Shown here one piece after another: positions 11,407-22,500 of a stretch of DNA of 64,000 nucleotides. This DNA comes from an uncultured Bacteroidia bacterium (lineage in GTDB: Bacteria; Bacteroidota; Bacteroidia; Bacteroidales; CAJPTX01). Both the position numbers and the translations under genes were made by a program. Under the pieces are notes generated by a model. It ran no database searches and had not been told where the DNA came from. It was given only the letters and a program-made list of their open reading frames with translations. The stretch spans positions 73,635 to 137,634 of the forward strand of contig CAUUMS010000004.1 of assembly GCA_963546395.1 (NCBI GenBank), written 5' to 3'. Every line of letters begins with the position of its first letter. The stretch's first letter is position 1.

Positions 11407-11438
11407 CGAAGTTAGCCACTGTGCACCGTATTTGCAAA
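11407..11438 (-). promoter_or_regulatory. Candidate rpsU promoter (TTTG-N20-TAACTTCG)
   Basis: On the minus strand the -33 TTTG is at 11438..11435, followed by a 20-nt spacer and a -7-like TAACTTCG at 11414..11407 (one mismatch to TAnnTTTG). It lies 36 nt upstream of the ATG. Confidence 0.35.
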
Positions 11439-11609
11439 TGCACGCACACCATCGAGCCACGCATTGTTTCCTGCGCATGATGACATCCGCCTCGATGCGG
11501 CACCGGGCATATTGCCCACCACAGCGATTTACCCCCGCGGGTGACCGGGCTCCGAAACTGGAGCGCGCTGCGCGGCCCCGCTATACCTAGGACAATGGGC
11601 AGCAACAAG

Positions 11610-11666
11610 GTATCAAGTCCGTATTTCACTGCCCAAATACGGACTTGATACGGCGATGGTACGACG
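11610..11666. repeat. Recurrent intergenic hairpin element, copy A
   Basis: Perfect 17-bp inverted repeat GTATCAAGTCCGTATTT / AAATACGGACTTGATAC with an 8-nt loop (cactgccc), followed by GGCGATGGTACGACG. Related copies are at 35688..35744 and 59361..59410. Confidence 0.65.
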
Positions 11667-11799
11667 TTATCACGGCATCTATGGTAGGAATGTGGGGCCT
11701 GCACAGGGTGCGGACTAGGCACAATTAACCCTGTTCCGCTACGACTCATCACCCAGCGGGGCGGCTGGATAGATCATCTCAACTAAGGTGTATAAACAA

Positions 11800-11833
11800 A
11801 GGCGGGGCGACCAGGATGCTGGTCGCCCCGCCT
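11800..11833 (-). terminator. Rho-independent terminator of the LRR-protein gene
   Basis: Perfect 15-bp GC-rich stem (aggcggggcgaccag/ctggtcgccccgcct) with a 4-nt loop. On the minus strand it is followed by TTTGTTTAT. It lies 25 nt downstream of the stop at 11858. Confidence 0.75.
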
Positions 11834-11857
11834 CTAATGTGCAGGATCCGGGATCCG

Positions 11858-14800
11858 CTAAAGCTTCACGATGCGCACCACGCGCACGCCTCCGTCATGC
11901 GCCGTGAGACGCAGCACGTAGAGACCCGCGGGGGAAGACTGCATCTGAATCTCAATGGTGCTCTGGGTGTTGGAGCCGCTCTGCAACACCTGGCCCGCCA
12001 GGTTGAGCACCGCGTAGCGCGCCACCTGCTCGGCTTCCAGCACACGCAGCACGTCAGCGCAGGGGTTCGGGCCCACGGTAACACCCGCCAGCAGCGAGCT
12101 TTCCACGTCAGTCTTAGACGGCGGGTTGGGCTGCGGCTTCGGCTCGGGCTTGGGTTGCGGCTGAGGCTCAGGCTTGGCCTGCTGCTTCATGGTGGCCGCA
12201 ATTTCCGCATCGGCAGCTGGCATCGCAAAGCTGACCTTGCAAATGCCATCCTTATCCGGAGTAACCTCAGCAGCCTTGCCTGCTAGGGTGATGGATGCCA
12301 CCGCATAGCCAGCGTTCGGCGTAACAGTTACGTACACCATCGTCCCCTCGGTAACCTTGGAGCCAGTGGCAATCTCCTTCGTACCCTCAGCATCGCTGCT
12401 CACCTTCAGCATACCATTCTCAGGCTGCGTGTAGGTGAGAGTGTACTCAGGCTTCTTCGGCATCTCCTTCATGGTGGCAGCGATCTCCGCATCGGCAGCC
12501 GGCATCGCAAAGCTAGCCTTGCAAATGCCGTCCTTATCCGGAGTAACCTCGGCGGCCTTACCCGCAAGGGTGATGGTGGCCACCTCGTAGCCAGCACTTG
12601 GAGCGACGGTTACGTACACCATCGTCTCCTCGGCTACCTTGCTGCCCGTGGCAACCTCTTGCAGCCCTTCGGCATCACGGCTCACCTTCAGCACCCCATT
12701 CTCAGGCTGCGCGTAAGTGAGCGTGTGCTCGGGCTTCTGCGACTTCGCCCTCAGCGTGGCAACGATTTCCGCATCGCCCGCCGGCATCGCAAAGCTAGCC
12801 CTGGCAATGCCCTCCTTATCCAAGGTGATCGCTATGGGCTTGCCAGCCACAGTCAGGGAGGCCACCTCGTAGCCGTCGCTCGGCGTCACGGCCACGTACA
12901 CCTTCGTCTCCTCGGCCACCTTAGAGCCAGTGGCGATCTCCTTGGTACCCTTGGCATCGCTGCTCACGAGCAGTGCCCCATTCGCAGGCTGCGCGTAGGT
13001 GAGGGTGTGCTCGGGCATCGGGGCCTTGGGCTCCATGGCCATCGGCATCGGCATGTCGGCATCCTTCACCTCAAACGTCCCGTTCATGTCCTTGCAGTGC
13101 TCCTCGGTGATCGTGTAGAGGTACTTGCCCGCCTCTAGAGGCAATGCAAATACACCGGAGCCATCCGTCACCCCCTCGCCCACTTTCTTCTTGGTGGCAT
13201 CATCAGCCATCACCGTCACCGCAGCACCCGGGAGCGGATTCCCATTCATGGTGACGTTGAACGTAACCATAAAGGTTCCCTCCTTCGGGAGGATCCAGCC
13301 ATACCAGAGGTTATCGCTCGTGTTCCCGTCTTCCGCCGCACGATAGGCGGCTACGGCCGCTTGCAGCGCAACACCCGTCAGCTTGTTGCCAGAGGCATCC
13401 AACAGCACAAGGGTGCGACTGCTGGGGCAATCCTTAAAGGCCCCCTCATCCACATCATCCGGCGGCAGGGCAGGAAGCTCCATGGTCTTCAGCGCGGTGC
13501 ACCCAGCAAATGCGTCCGCATCCACCGCCGTGAGCATGGGCACATGAATCGTCGTAAGAGCCGTGCAGCCCTTGAAGGCACTATTACCAATTTCGGTAAC
13601 CTTCGGCAGGCGCAGTGCCGCCAGCGAGGTAGCACCGGCAAAGGCCTTCTCTTCCACCTTGGAGGCAGCGGGAATCTCAACGGTGGCGAGGGCCTTGCAA
13701 CCCTCGAACATATTCTGGGCCACGCCTTGCAGGACGGGGAACTTCGCCTCGGTGAGGGCCGTGCACCCCTTGAAGGTCTCAACGCTCGAGATGGTCACCG
13801 CAGGGAATTCCACGGTGGTTAGGCTGGTGCAGCCATCGAATGTGCCTGCCCCTAGGCTCGTCACCTTAGGTAGGCCAAACTTAACGAGGCTAGAGCACCC
13901 CTTGAAGGTATAATCACCAGACGAGGTGATGTTAAGGAGATCCATCTCCTTGAGGGCCGTACACCCCTCGAAGGTGCTGCTGCCAATCTGCACCAGCTTG
14001 GGGGCAACGACCTCGAGCAGGTGCTTGCTCCCCGCGAAGGTGGCCTTACCCATCTGCGTAACGTCGGGCAGAGAGATCTTCTTCAGCGCCATAGATTGGG
14101 CAAAGGCTTTATCGGCTACTCGGGTAATTTGAGCGATGCTCGCCGTCTCTACCGCAGCCTCGGTGAAGTACTGATTGGGCGGATCCAAGGTGAGCGGCAT
14201 CTCCACAAGGTAAGAAACCGTAGTCCCGATGGAAAACTCCTTGAGATTGGAGAAATCCTGAGAACCATCTGTGTAGAGTGCCAGAGGAAGCGAAATCCAG
14301 TCCTTCTCATGGAAGGAGCCACCCACGATGGCAATGCTCTTTACTTCCTTCTCCTTGTCATCGCCAAAGCCGGCCGCCGCAAGCGCCTTGGTCAGAGTCT
14401 CGCCCTCACCTTCCTTGGCGCCATTGACCTTTACCTTGATGGTGCTAGCCGCAAAGACCGCATGGATGGTGATGTCCGCTTTGGGCATGCTGAACTCGTT
14501 GTTCATGATGACGTGCTTCTCCGTGGAGCCCTTCTCGGTGTAGTAGAGCTCCATGATCCCCTTCCCGTCATCGGGACGCACCACAACCTGGACAGCCTGC
14601 CCTTCGGCACCGTACTGGCCGGCGTGAACACTACCGCCAGAGATGGCGGCATCCACCGTAATAGTATGCACGTCGGCCTTGGGGAGTTTCCACCCGTACC
14701 ATAGCCCATCACCAATCATGCCGTCAGGAGCGTCGTCATAGGCCTTGACAGCTTTTTCACGCTCATTCCCCTTGAGGGGCATACCAGTCTCATCCACTGG

Positions 14801-16522
14801 TACAAGCAAACGCATAGAAGGGCACTCGTCGAAAGCACCGCTGAGCACCTTAGGAGGCACGCTGCCCAGCTGTAGGCTGAAGAGCATCTTGCACTTGGCG
14901 AATGCGCCCATGCCGATTTCGGTGGCGTGGGGAAGCGTAGCACTCAGCAGGTTTTCGCAATCGTCGAAGCACTTGTCTCCCACCCTCGTCACGAGTGGCA
15001 AGTTGACCTGCGACAGGGCCTTACACAGAGAGACGGCCTCAGCCCCGAGCTCGAGCGTGTGAGGGAGCTCAAGCTTTGTGAGGAAGCTGAGGGAACGGAG
15101 CCCGCTATGAGGCACAGTGCGAAGCTTAGCCAGGTAGGCTTCAGTGATGCGAGGGTGCAGCTTGGAGCCGGTGACATCCATGTGGAGCTCGTGGTTCACC
15201 ACCTCATCTTTCACCCTGAAGATGCGGAGCCCATTGTACCCGTTGTTGAAACCGCCAGCATAGTTCGGCACGTTCTCGCGAAACTCGTAGAACTTCACGT
15301 AATCATCAGCCAGGAAGGCACCCTCTAGCACTTCAACTGTATGCACGGTGGGGAGGCCATCCGCAATAAGTTTGTCCTTCAGGATCTTGCCGTGGATGCC
15401 GGCAAAATCCTCGCCTTCAACATCGATCGCCTTCGACTGGTGATCCTTGTCGAGGGTAAAGCGCATTTTCAGCTTGTTGGGGACAAACTTCACCTCAGCC
15501 GTCACATCGTGCGCTGGCATGCTGAAGCAGTATGACTTCTTATCGATCTGCACTACCACAGAGGGTTCACCCGTCTTGTAGGCCTTAATGGAATTGACAT
15601 CCACCATGAACTTATTCGCCGGCTGAATGTTGAGGCACACCTCCGTGTTTTGCGTCACCGAGCCCGTGGGAATCGCAGACACGTTACCCTTATCTTTCTC
15701 GGTGCCCAGAACCATTACCTGGTAGAACTCTTCGGCCTCGAGGGCAAAAGCGTACCACCTCTTGTCCGACGTATTGCCGTCATCAACGGCCAGGTAGGCT
15801 TTCTCGGCCTTCGCCTTAGCCTCCCCCTCAAGTGGCTTACCATCCGGAGTTACCAGCTCGAGCATGGCCTCAGGCGATACCTGCTCTTTCCAGAAGTTGG
15901 CATCAACAGCTGTCGGGGGTACAGCACCCAGCTTGAGCGTTTCCAGGCCAGAACACTTGGCAAAGGCCTGAGTGCCAATTTTGGCCATCTTGGGGAAGCA
16001 CATGGTTTTCAGGCCGGTAAAGCCATCCATGCTCGGGGAATTCCCCTGGCCAGCAAAAGCAAACTCAGCCATCTCGGTGGCATCCAGGAACGTAACCTCC
16101 TCGAGAGAGCCATTCCTAGGGAAGGGGTTGGCTGGCACTGTGACAACCTTGGCAATGAAAAGCCGCTTCAGGGTGGGGAACTTGAACGGGTAGCAGCCAT
16201 TGCTGATGCCTGGCATGGGGTCAACCTTGGCCAGGGTGGTAGCCAGCGTGAGATCGGTAAGAGCCGATAGGTTTTCACTGTTCTCACTCAGCCAATTCCA
16301 GTCATTCGTTGTGAAATCGCCGCCGTTGAGCTCCAATTTCACGATAGATCCGACTGCCACGTCCTTGAGGGCCTCCTGGAGCGAGGGCTTCGCCTCGAAC
16401 TTCACGGGGGCAGCCCCACCGGTGAGCGTGTAGCTCCCCGAGAGATTGGCAGCGCGCACCAGCGGCACTGCGGCGACTATAGCCAACAGTGCTACAACTA
16501 GCCGACTTATAATGTACCTCAT
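11858..16522 (-). CDS. Giant surface protein: signal peptide, three BspA-type leucine-rich-repeat super-modules, 3x94-aa Listeria/Bacteroides-type repeats, Pro-rich linker, T9SS C-terminal domain
   Basis: Start taken at the ATG at 16522 (MRYIISRLVVALLAIVAAVPLVRA); the track start at 16534 is TTG. LRR_5/BspA-like units include AFAGSKHLLEVVAPKLVQIGSSTFEGCTALKEMDL..TFKGCSSLVKFGLPKVTSLGAGTFDGCTSLTTVEFP... Each LRR block is capped by a conserved ...AY..A.DGNTSD..WYGW.LP motif, seen three times. C-terminal sequence ...GPNPCADVLRV...AGLYVLRLTAHDGGVRVVRIVKL. Confidence 0.85.
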   Translation of the reverse strand: MRYIISRLVVALLAIVAAVPLVRAANLSGSYTLTGGAAPVKFEAKPSLQEALKDVAVGSIVKLELNGGDFTTNDWNWLSENSENLSALTDLTLATTLAKVDPMPGISNGCYPFKFPTLKRLFIAKVVTVPANPFPRNGSLEEVTFLDATEMAEFAFAGQGNSPSMDGFTGLKTMCFPKMAKIGTQAFAKCSGLETLKLGAVPPTAVDANFWKEQVSPEAMLELVTPDGKPLEGEAKAKAEKAYLAVDDGNTSDKRWYAFALEAEEFYQVMVLGTEKDKGNVSAIPTGSVTQNTEVCLNIQPANKFMVDVNSIKAYKTGEPSVVVQIDKKSYCFSMPAHDVTAEVKFVPNKLKMRFTLDKDHQSKAIDVEGEDFAGIHGKILKDKLIADGLPTVHTVEVLEGAFLADDYVKFYEFRENVPNYAGGFNNGYNGLRIFRVKDEVVNHELHMDVTGSKLHPRITEAYLAKLRTVPHSGLRSLSFLTKLELPHTLELGAEAVSLCKALSQVNLPLVTRVGDKCFDDCENLLSATLPHATEIGMGAFAKCKMLFSLQLGSVPPKVLSGAFDECPSMRLLVPVDETGMPLKGNEREKAVKAYDDAPDGMIGDGLWYGWKLPKADVHTITVDAAISGGSVHAGQYGAEGQAVQVVVRPDDGKGIMELYYTEKGSTEKHVIMNNEFSMPKADITIHAVFAASTIKVKVNGAKEGEGETLTKALAAAGFGDDKEKEVKSIAIVGGSFHEKDWISLPLALYTDGSQDFSNLKEFSIGTTVSYLVEMPLTLDPPNQYFTEAAVETASIAQITRVADKAFAQSMALKKISLPDVTQMGKATFAGSKHLLEVVAPKLVQIGSSTFEGCTALKEMDLLNITSSGDYTFKGCSSLVKFGLPKVTSLGAGTFDGCTSLTTVEFPAVTISSVETFKGCTALTEAKFPVLQGVAQNMFEGCKALATVEIPAASKVEEKAFAGATSLAALRLPKVTEIGNSAFKGCTALTTIHVPMLTAVDADAFAGCTALKTMELPALPPDDVDEGAFKDCPSSRTLVLLDASGNKLTGVALQAAVAAYRAAEDGNTSDNLWYGWILPKEGTFMVTFNVTMNGNPLPGAAVTVMADDATKKKVGEGVTDGSGVFALPLEAGKYLYTITEEHCKDMNGTFEVKDADMPMPMAMEPKAPMPEHTLTYAQPANGALLVSSDAKGTKEIATGSKVAEETKVYVAVTPSDGYEVASLTVAGKPIAITLDKEGIARASFAMPAGDAEIVATLRAKSQKPEHTLTYAQPENGVLKVSRDAEGLQEVATGSKVAEETMVYVTVAPSAGYEVATITLAGKAAEVTPDKDGICKASFAMPAADAEIAATMKEMPKKPEYTLTYTQPENGMLKVSSDAEGTKEIATGSKVTEGTMVYVTVTPNAGYAVASITLAGKAAEVTPDKDGICKVSFAMPAADAEIAATMKQQAKPEPQPQPKPEPKPQPNPPSKTDVESSLLAGVTVGPNPCADVLRVLEAEQVARYAVLNLAGQVLQSGSNTQSTIEIQMQSSPAGLYVLRLTAHDGGVRVVRIVKL
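11861..12100 (-). other. T9SS type-A C-terminal sorting domain (CTD) of the LRR protein
   Basis: Last 80 aa: ...VTVGPNPCADVLRVLEAEQVARYAVLNLAGQVLQSGSNTQSTIEIQMQSSPAGLYVLRLTAHDGGVRVVRIVKL. The pattern matches Por_Secre_tail/TIGR04183 (NP..d.l.v; G.Y.l.l; terminal K-hydrophobic). It is preceded by the linker KPEPQPQPKPEPKPQPNPP (12101..12172). Confidence 0.8.
12173..13015 (-). repeat. Three in-frame tandem coding repeats of ~282 bp (94/94/93 aa)
   Basis: Units at 12734..13015, 12452..12733 and 12173..12451. Each begins PE(H/Y)TLTY(A/T)QP.NG.L.VS.DA.G..E.ATGSKV.E.T.VYV.V.P..GY.VA..T.AGK...T.DK.GI..ASFAMPA.DAEI.AT. The DNA units are clearly alignable by eye, and the second and third are the most similar. 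Confidence 0.85.
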
Positions 16523-16562
16523 ACGACTAACCAATTAAAAAGTGAATACGGGATTAAACAAA

Positions 16563-16593
16563 GATCCCCGAGGCAAGAGATGCCCCGGGGATC
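16563..16593 (-). terminator. Hairpin terminator between the subtilase gene and the LRR gene
   Basis: 12-bp stem with one mismatch (gatccccgaggc/gccccggggatc) and a 7-nt loop. On the minus strand it is followed by TTTGTTTAAT. It lies 7 nt downstream of the stop at 16600. Confidence 0.55.
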
Positions 16594-16599
16594 GAAAAC

Positions 16600-19500
16600 T
16601 TACAGCTTCACAAAGCGAACTACGCGCGACAGGCGGCCTCGTTCGATTCGGAGCAGGTAGACACCCGCAGGTAGGGAGCGGACATCCAGCTGGGCATTAC
16701 CCTCGGCGGTGAATCGGGAGTAAACCTGCCCAACAGTCGAAATGATAGCTACCCGATCCCCTAGCTCTAGACCGTCCACATAGAGGTGATCCGCAACCGG
16801 GTTTGGACGAACTGTCAGGCTGAGCTGCGACTCCACTTCAGTATTCGGATCGTTCGGCTTGGGCTCAGGAGCCGGCGGATTGGGATCCTTCACGAAGGTT
16901 GCCACGAGCGAGAGATTGGCTGGCAGAGTCAGTTGGGCCCTCCGCATCGGGGTAGGCACCTTCTCACCGGTATCCTCACGCACAAGCCCCTTGAAAGTGT
17001 ATCCCTCTTTGGCCACGAACTGCATGTCAACCACGTCGCCCACGTCGAAGTGAGACTGGGGTGTCACGGCGCGTCCTTGGCAGGTCACGTTCATAGTGCC
17101 GCCCTCCTCGGGCTCTACGCGCCAGGTGAGCTTAGCCGGCTGGAAGTCCACTATGCTACGTGAAACGATAACCGCAGTGTGCTTCACGTCAGAAGTGGCC
17201 TCCTCGGCAGGACGCATCAGATCGGTGCTCCCATCCGAGAGCCAGTAGAGGAACTTGTAGCCCTCCATAGGCTCAACGGTGACGGGCTCGGTCATCTTTC
17301 CACCCTCTATCCACTGCTCGGTCACGTAGTCATCACCCTTCCGGAAACGGGCAGCTCCCACAATGGTGGACTCGTAGGTCACGTGCATAGAGGCGCTGCT
17401 CATGAAATGGGCCACCAGGTCGGCGCTCTTCTGCACTGGCGTAGCGGGCCGACGGGGCGTTGTGGCACCATCGCTCCAACGGGCGAACTTGAAGCCCTCG
17501 TAGGGCACAGCATCCACGGGCTGCCCCGATGTGCCATAGGGCAACTCCTCGGTGGCTATGGGCGAGCCATTCTGCAAGACGCGGCCAGCTGTGGGCGGAT
17601 CCGCCTTGTAGGTCAGGGTCACCTTAGGCTCACCCGTCACGAAAATGCTCACATTGTCCACCAGGGCCCAGTAGCTCCACTTGCTGGCGTAGCGAATGCG
17701 GAACTGAACGTAAGGCTTGCCAACAAGCTCACTCTTATCGAGCAGTCGGTTGAGATTCCAACGGTAGGTCATCGAGGTGATTTTGCCACCGAGGACTTTC
17801 CAACCGTCGCCGCAGTCGTACTCCAGGAAGAGGTTTGCACGCTCTTCCGTGTGGTCGCGGAACACGAGGTCGAATGCCACCGTAAGGCCACGCTTGGCAG
17901 CCGCCTCAGGCACCGTGAAACGCGGGGTGTACAGCGTCGATTCAAAGTCGGCCTTCGTCTCCCTATCGGAGTCAACCACCATGAAGTAGCCATCGAGGTG
18001 ATCGCCGAGGGTACGTGGGCTCTTGGAGATAAGCCATGGCTGCGCATAGCGACCGTTCATAGCAGTGGCCCACTCCTCGGGGAGTTTCGCCCCCTCGAAG
18101 TCGCACACGTACGGTATGGTGAGCATGCGACGGAAGAGGGCTGTGACATCCTTCGATGCCGTCACCTTCGTTTCCGTACGCTCACGCTCAGTAATCCCAT
18201 CGCTCCAAGCCACGAAGTAGAAGCCATCGGCAGGCTTCGCCACAACCTTCGAGCCATCGCCCTCAAACGCTACCTCCTGCTGAGCCTCGCCCTCAATGGA
18301 GCCATTGGCCCCGGCACTGTAGCGCAACGTGTAGTGCTTGCGAGCAAATTTGGCCGTGAACGACTTGTCTGCCTTCTCGGCCACGTCAGAGCGAGGATTG
18401 TCGGTTTTGCCATCATCCCACCCCTGGAAATCGAAGCCTACCTTGGCCTGAGCGAAGACAGGGAGCCCCGTCTGGCCTTCAGCTAGCAGCTGAGACTGCT
18501 TCCCGAAAAGGGTACCGCCATCGCCGTCCACCTTATAGGTGAGCGTCACCGTGGTAGCCACGAGATCAATCTCTACGCGCTCGTCGGCCTGCTTAATGTC
18601 CACAGAGCCCTTCTGGGTGCTGTACCCGGCTTTTGAAGCGGCGTAAGAGGATGTGGCATTCTCCTTCACAGGCATTGTAACCATGCCATCAGCACCCGTC
18701 ATATAGGCCCGGCCATTTACCATCACCTCGGCATTCTCCAACGGACTCGCATTGGCACGCACCAGGATAGTGAGCTGGTACATGTCGCCCTGGGTAACGG
18801 TGAACTCACCACCCACAGGTGTTACGGTGTAGTTACCCACCTGGTACGGAGCATGCTTTGCTGCTATCGTGTACATCCCCTTTGCCAGCGGGCCACGAGC
18901 CGGATCGACAACCTGGCCGTTCTGCTTAATCTCAAAATCGCCATGGCGATACGGATGGGGCATAAGGGCACGGTGGTTGGGCTCTACGAGACCCTCATAC
19001 TCAAACGTCCAGGGGATATTGTGCCCATAGGGTACCTCCTTAACGGTGGGCTTCACCTTCACTGGCTTAGGCTTAACCTCAATGCTCTTGGTCAGCGTAG
19101 CAGACGCAGCATAGCCCTTTGCCGCAGGCTGCACGGCCGTGATGGTCGCAGTACCAACGCCACCGATGTAGAGACGCTCGGCATTCACAGAGACCACATT
19201 CGGTGCTGTGGAGCTGCTCACGACAGGATTCTTCGCCTTGGAGGCAGATACAAACTCCAGGGCTACAGACTCGGCACCGTACTCGTAGCTCGCCGCAGGT
19301 TCTGTCCAAGTGAGGGACTGCGACTGCTCTAGGCGCAACGTGTAGGTGTGCTTAGAACGCTTGTTAGCCGCCGTCACCACAAGCAGACGGATGTCCGAGA
19401 GGTCTATCTCGCTGTTATCCTCAATGGCCTTGGGCCCACCCTGCGAGAGCACCGCAAGGGTGGCACCCGCAGACCTGGTAAACGTTACCTTAGCCTTCGT

Positions 19501-22500
19501 CGCATCAGCCAACGTGCCATGCGTGGCGGCATTGAGCGAGAAGAGAACGCCATCCGTGGTAATTGTGGCTGCGACATCCGCCTTGAGACCTGGGTTATCA
19601 TCCTTCTTCAGGGTAGCCCCCGTGAGCTCGCAGGCAGCCGAAGCCTCATTCATCGCCGTGAACTTGACCTCCTGCTCGAGCTTGACACCAAAGATCTCGA
19701 GCTCGGCCTTAATCACCACCGTCTTGTTGGCACTGAAGTCAAATTCGGTATCCTTTGTGACCTCTTTCCCCTCATAGAACAACTTCGTATGGGGCCAAGT
19801 GGTGAAGAACTCCGCATCCTTTATCTTGGAGAGGTCAGTCCCCTCGGGGAATACCACCTTGATAGAGCCGTCAGCCTGCTTGGAGTCATGCACCTGCAAT
19901 TTGAACATGCTACCTACAAGGAGCGACTGCCGCGGATCACGCCATACGCACTTGTCAGAGGCCGGAATACGTTCGGGACGCGTGAGTAGAAGACCCAGGT
20001 GCTCCTGATTCTTGAACTTGTGCGGCTGCGCAGCGGCACTGCCAGGGCCGTCATTGAATGGGAATTCATCGATCAGCCCTTCGGGCGGATTATTTTTCCA
20101 ATCCTTCCGCACGTGCTTGAACATGTTGGCGGAGATTTCCTGCGGCTTCAGCGCACGAGACCACATACGGAACTCGTCAATCATGCCGTGGAAACGCGTC
20201 ATCAGGTGTATAGCACCCTTCAGGGAGGGGGCATCCCGCCCTTCAGAGGCCGTAGCAACCTTCTGACCATCCAGGTACATGGTGATCTCGCAGTTGCTTG
20301 TGCCCTGGAATTGCCCTACCTCGATCTTCTCTACCACGACGGCCAGATGGTGCCAACGCCCTGGCTTCACAAGGTCGGCACTAGGATTCTGGGTGTACAC
20401 TACCGCACCATTACCGATCAGGGCTATCAGGCCATTATCCTTAACCTGCTTGGCAGCCATATTATAGGTGGTGGCAATGCGGAGTCCCTGCATGGAGATG
20501 AGCTCACCGTACTGACGCACTGTGGGATTAAACCAGAGCTCCATGGTGAAGGCACCTTTACTACCCCTTGGGATACTCTTCCACAGCTCAAGTGCAGAGG
20601 CCTCAATCTCCACCGCATCGTAAAGCGTCTTCTTCCCATCGGGAGATGCCTCCGGGGTAGAGCTGAGCACCCACTCGCCAGCAGATGTCGGATTGTCAAG
20701 GATCTTGAAGAGCGTGGTCGCCATCTCATTGTTATCAGGCTTGCCCAGGCCATCGAGCTCCTTGATCACCACCTTGATGGTATGAGGCCCCAACTCAGAG
20801 AGATCGGCTTTGCCACCCGTCAACATGATGTTCTTGTAGCCACTCCAAGCATTCAGCTGGTCATTCACCGTTACGGTTTCAGTCCACTCGTTCTTACCAT
20901 CCACGGTGCATGTAGCCTGGAATTTACCCGACCACTTGATGTGTGAAACATTGGTCACCGTGATCCACACAGACTCTTTATCCGTGAACGACTTGCTAAC
21001 CTTCGAGCCACCCTTGGCAGGATCCGATACGCCCACGTAGGTCAGGGAGAGATCGCCTGCCAACGGATTCTTACCCGGCTTGATCACCAGGATGTAATCG
21101 CGCATGTAGGCATTCTCCGTAAGCTCCTTAGCGCACACCGTGGCTACATCAGCTGACCTCGTGCTATAGAGCGCACGCAGACGATAATTGCCCGGCTCGT
21201 GGCCCGTGGCATCCACCGTGAAGGGGAGCTTGCCGGGAGTCTTAGTGATGTCGACTCTCGCATCAAGTATCTGCTCGCTCTCCGCATCGAAGGTGCCGTC
21301 ATTATTCCAGTCGACCCAAATCTTCGTGTGGGCAAACTTCTCGTGCTCTACATCGCTGAGCTCCACAGAGGACACGCCATCGCCCTGGAAGATCTGGATG
21401 GGCTTGTCCATGAAGTTGATAGTACGATCGACACCCGCCTTCCACTGCGGGATGCAATAGCGGTCGTACACCATCCACGTGAAGAACTTGTTGTCGGCCA
21501 TTGTGCCATCCTGCGCAATAAGATCGATTCGCAGCTTCTTCGCCGTACGCATGGGGACTCCCTTAATCTTCTGCAGAATGGTGAACGTGTCTACCCCAAG
21601 CGGAATATTCTGGAGGATCTGCTGTGCCGGGAGGCGGAACCCATCAGCTACGCGAATCAGGGCCCTGGGCACCAACTTCTTGGTGTTATTGCGGATAGAG
21701 ACCTTCACGGGCACATCAGCCGTGGGGGTATCGCCCGTGTGCTGAATCGTTGCGCCGAGCAGAGACAGAGGATTGCTCGCGGGCACAAGATCCACCTCGG
21801 CCACCCAACCCTCAGCACCTTCCTCTCGGTCATCCGACTGGAAGAAGAAGCGCAGCGAGCCATCCTCCGAGCCCGACACGTACGTCTGCCCATCGATAGT
21901 AGCCGTCAAATCATCGTCCAGCTGGTCGACAGGCAGCTCATCATCCGTCTTCTCCCAGGCATTCAGGTTGGTGTACACGTCGAGAATCCCGAGCTCCTTC
22001 TTCGTGTTGAACTTACGGAACACCGCACGAACCTTCATGGACGGATCCTCGGGCTCAAAGGTGATAGTCGACTTTTGATCCTTGCCATAGTCGCCCAGCA
22101 ACCCGCTATTGTCAGTGAAGATCCGCTTACGCTTCCCAATCGTGTAGCGAAGGTTAGGATCCTGCGCATTCTGCCGAGGATCGAGCTCACGTGGCAGGTA
22201 GAAGGAGGTCGGCATGGGGATTACGTCGCCGTAATTTCGCACTGTAGCCTCAGCGTGATTATCCTGCGGGTAGACATCGCCAGGGCATACCACATCGAAA
22301 GCCACGTGGCGCACAGCCCCCTCGGGCTTGCTCACGCTAAGGTCGAGCGGGAACATCATGCTTATCTCATCGTAGGGCAGCAGCTTCTCAATACGCTTGC
22401 TAGCCTTCCAAGCCCCATCGACGTAAGCATTCACCTCCAGGTTCTTCTCCTCACGGATGCTACCATTCACGAAAGTCAGCTTGAAATCGCTCACCCCAAG

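Noticed and set aside
11381-11752. 123-aa minus-strand ORF upstream of rpsU
   Set aside because: It reads through the perfect hairpin of element copy A. It has an odd composition and no homology recognised.
12173-13015. Regularly spaced ~282-bp repeats as a possible CRISPR or satellite array
   Set aside because: The repeats are contiguous with no unique spacers, are in frame, and encode a repeated protein domain within a long ORF.
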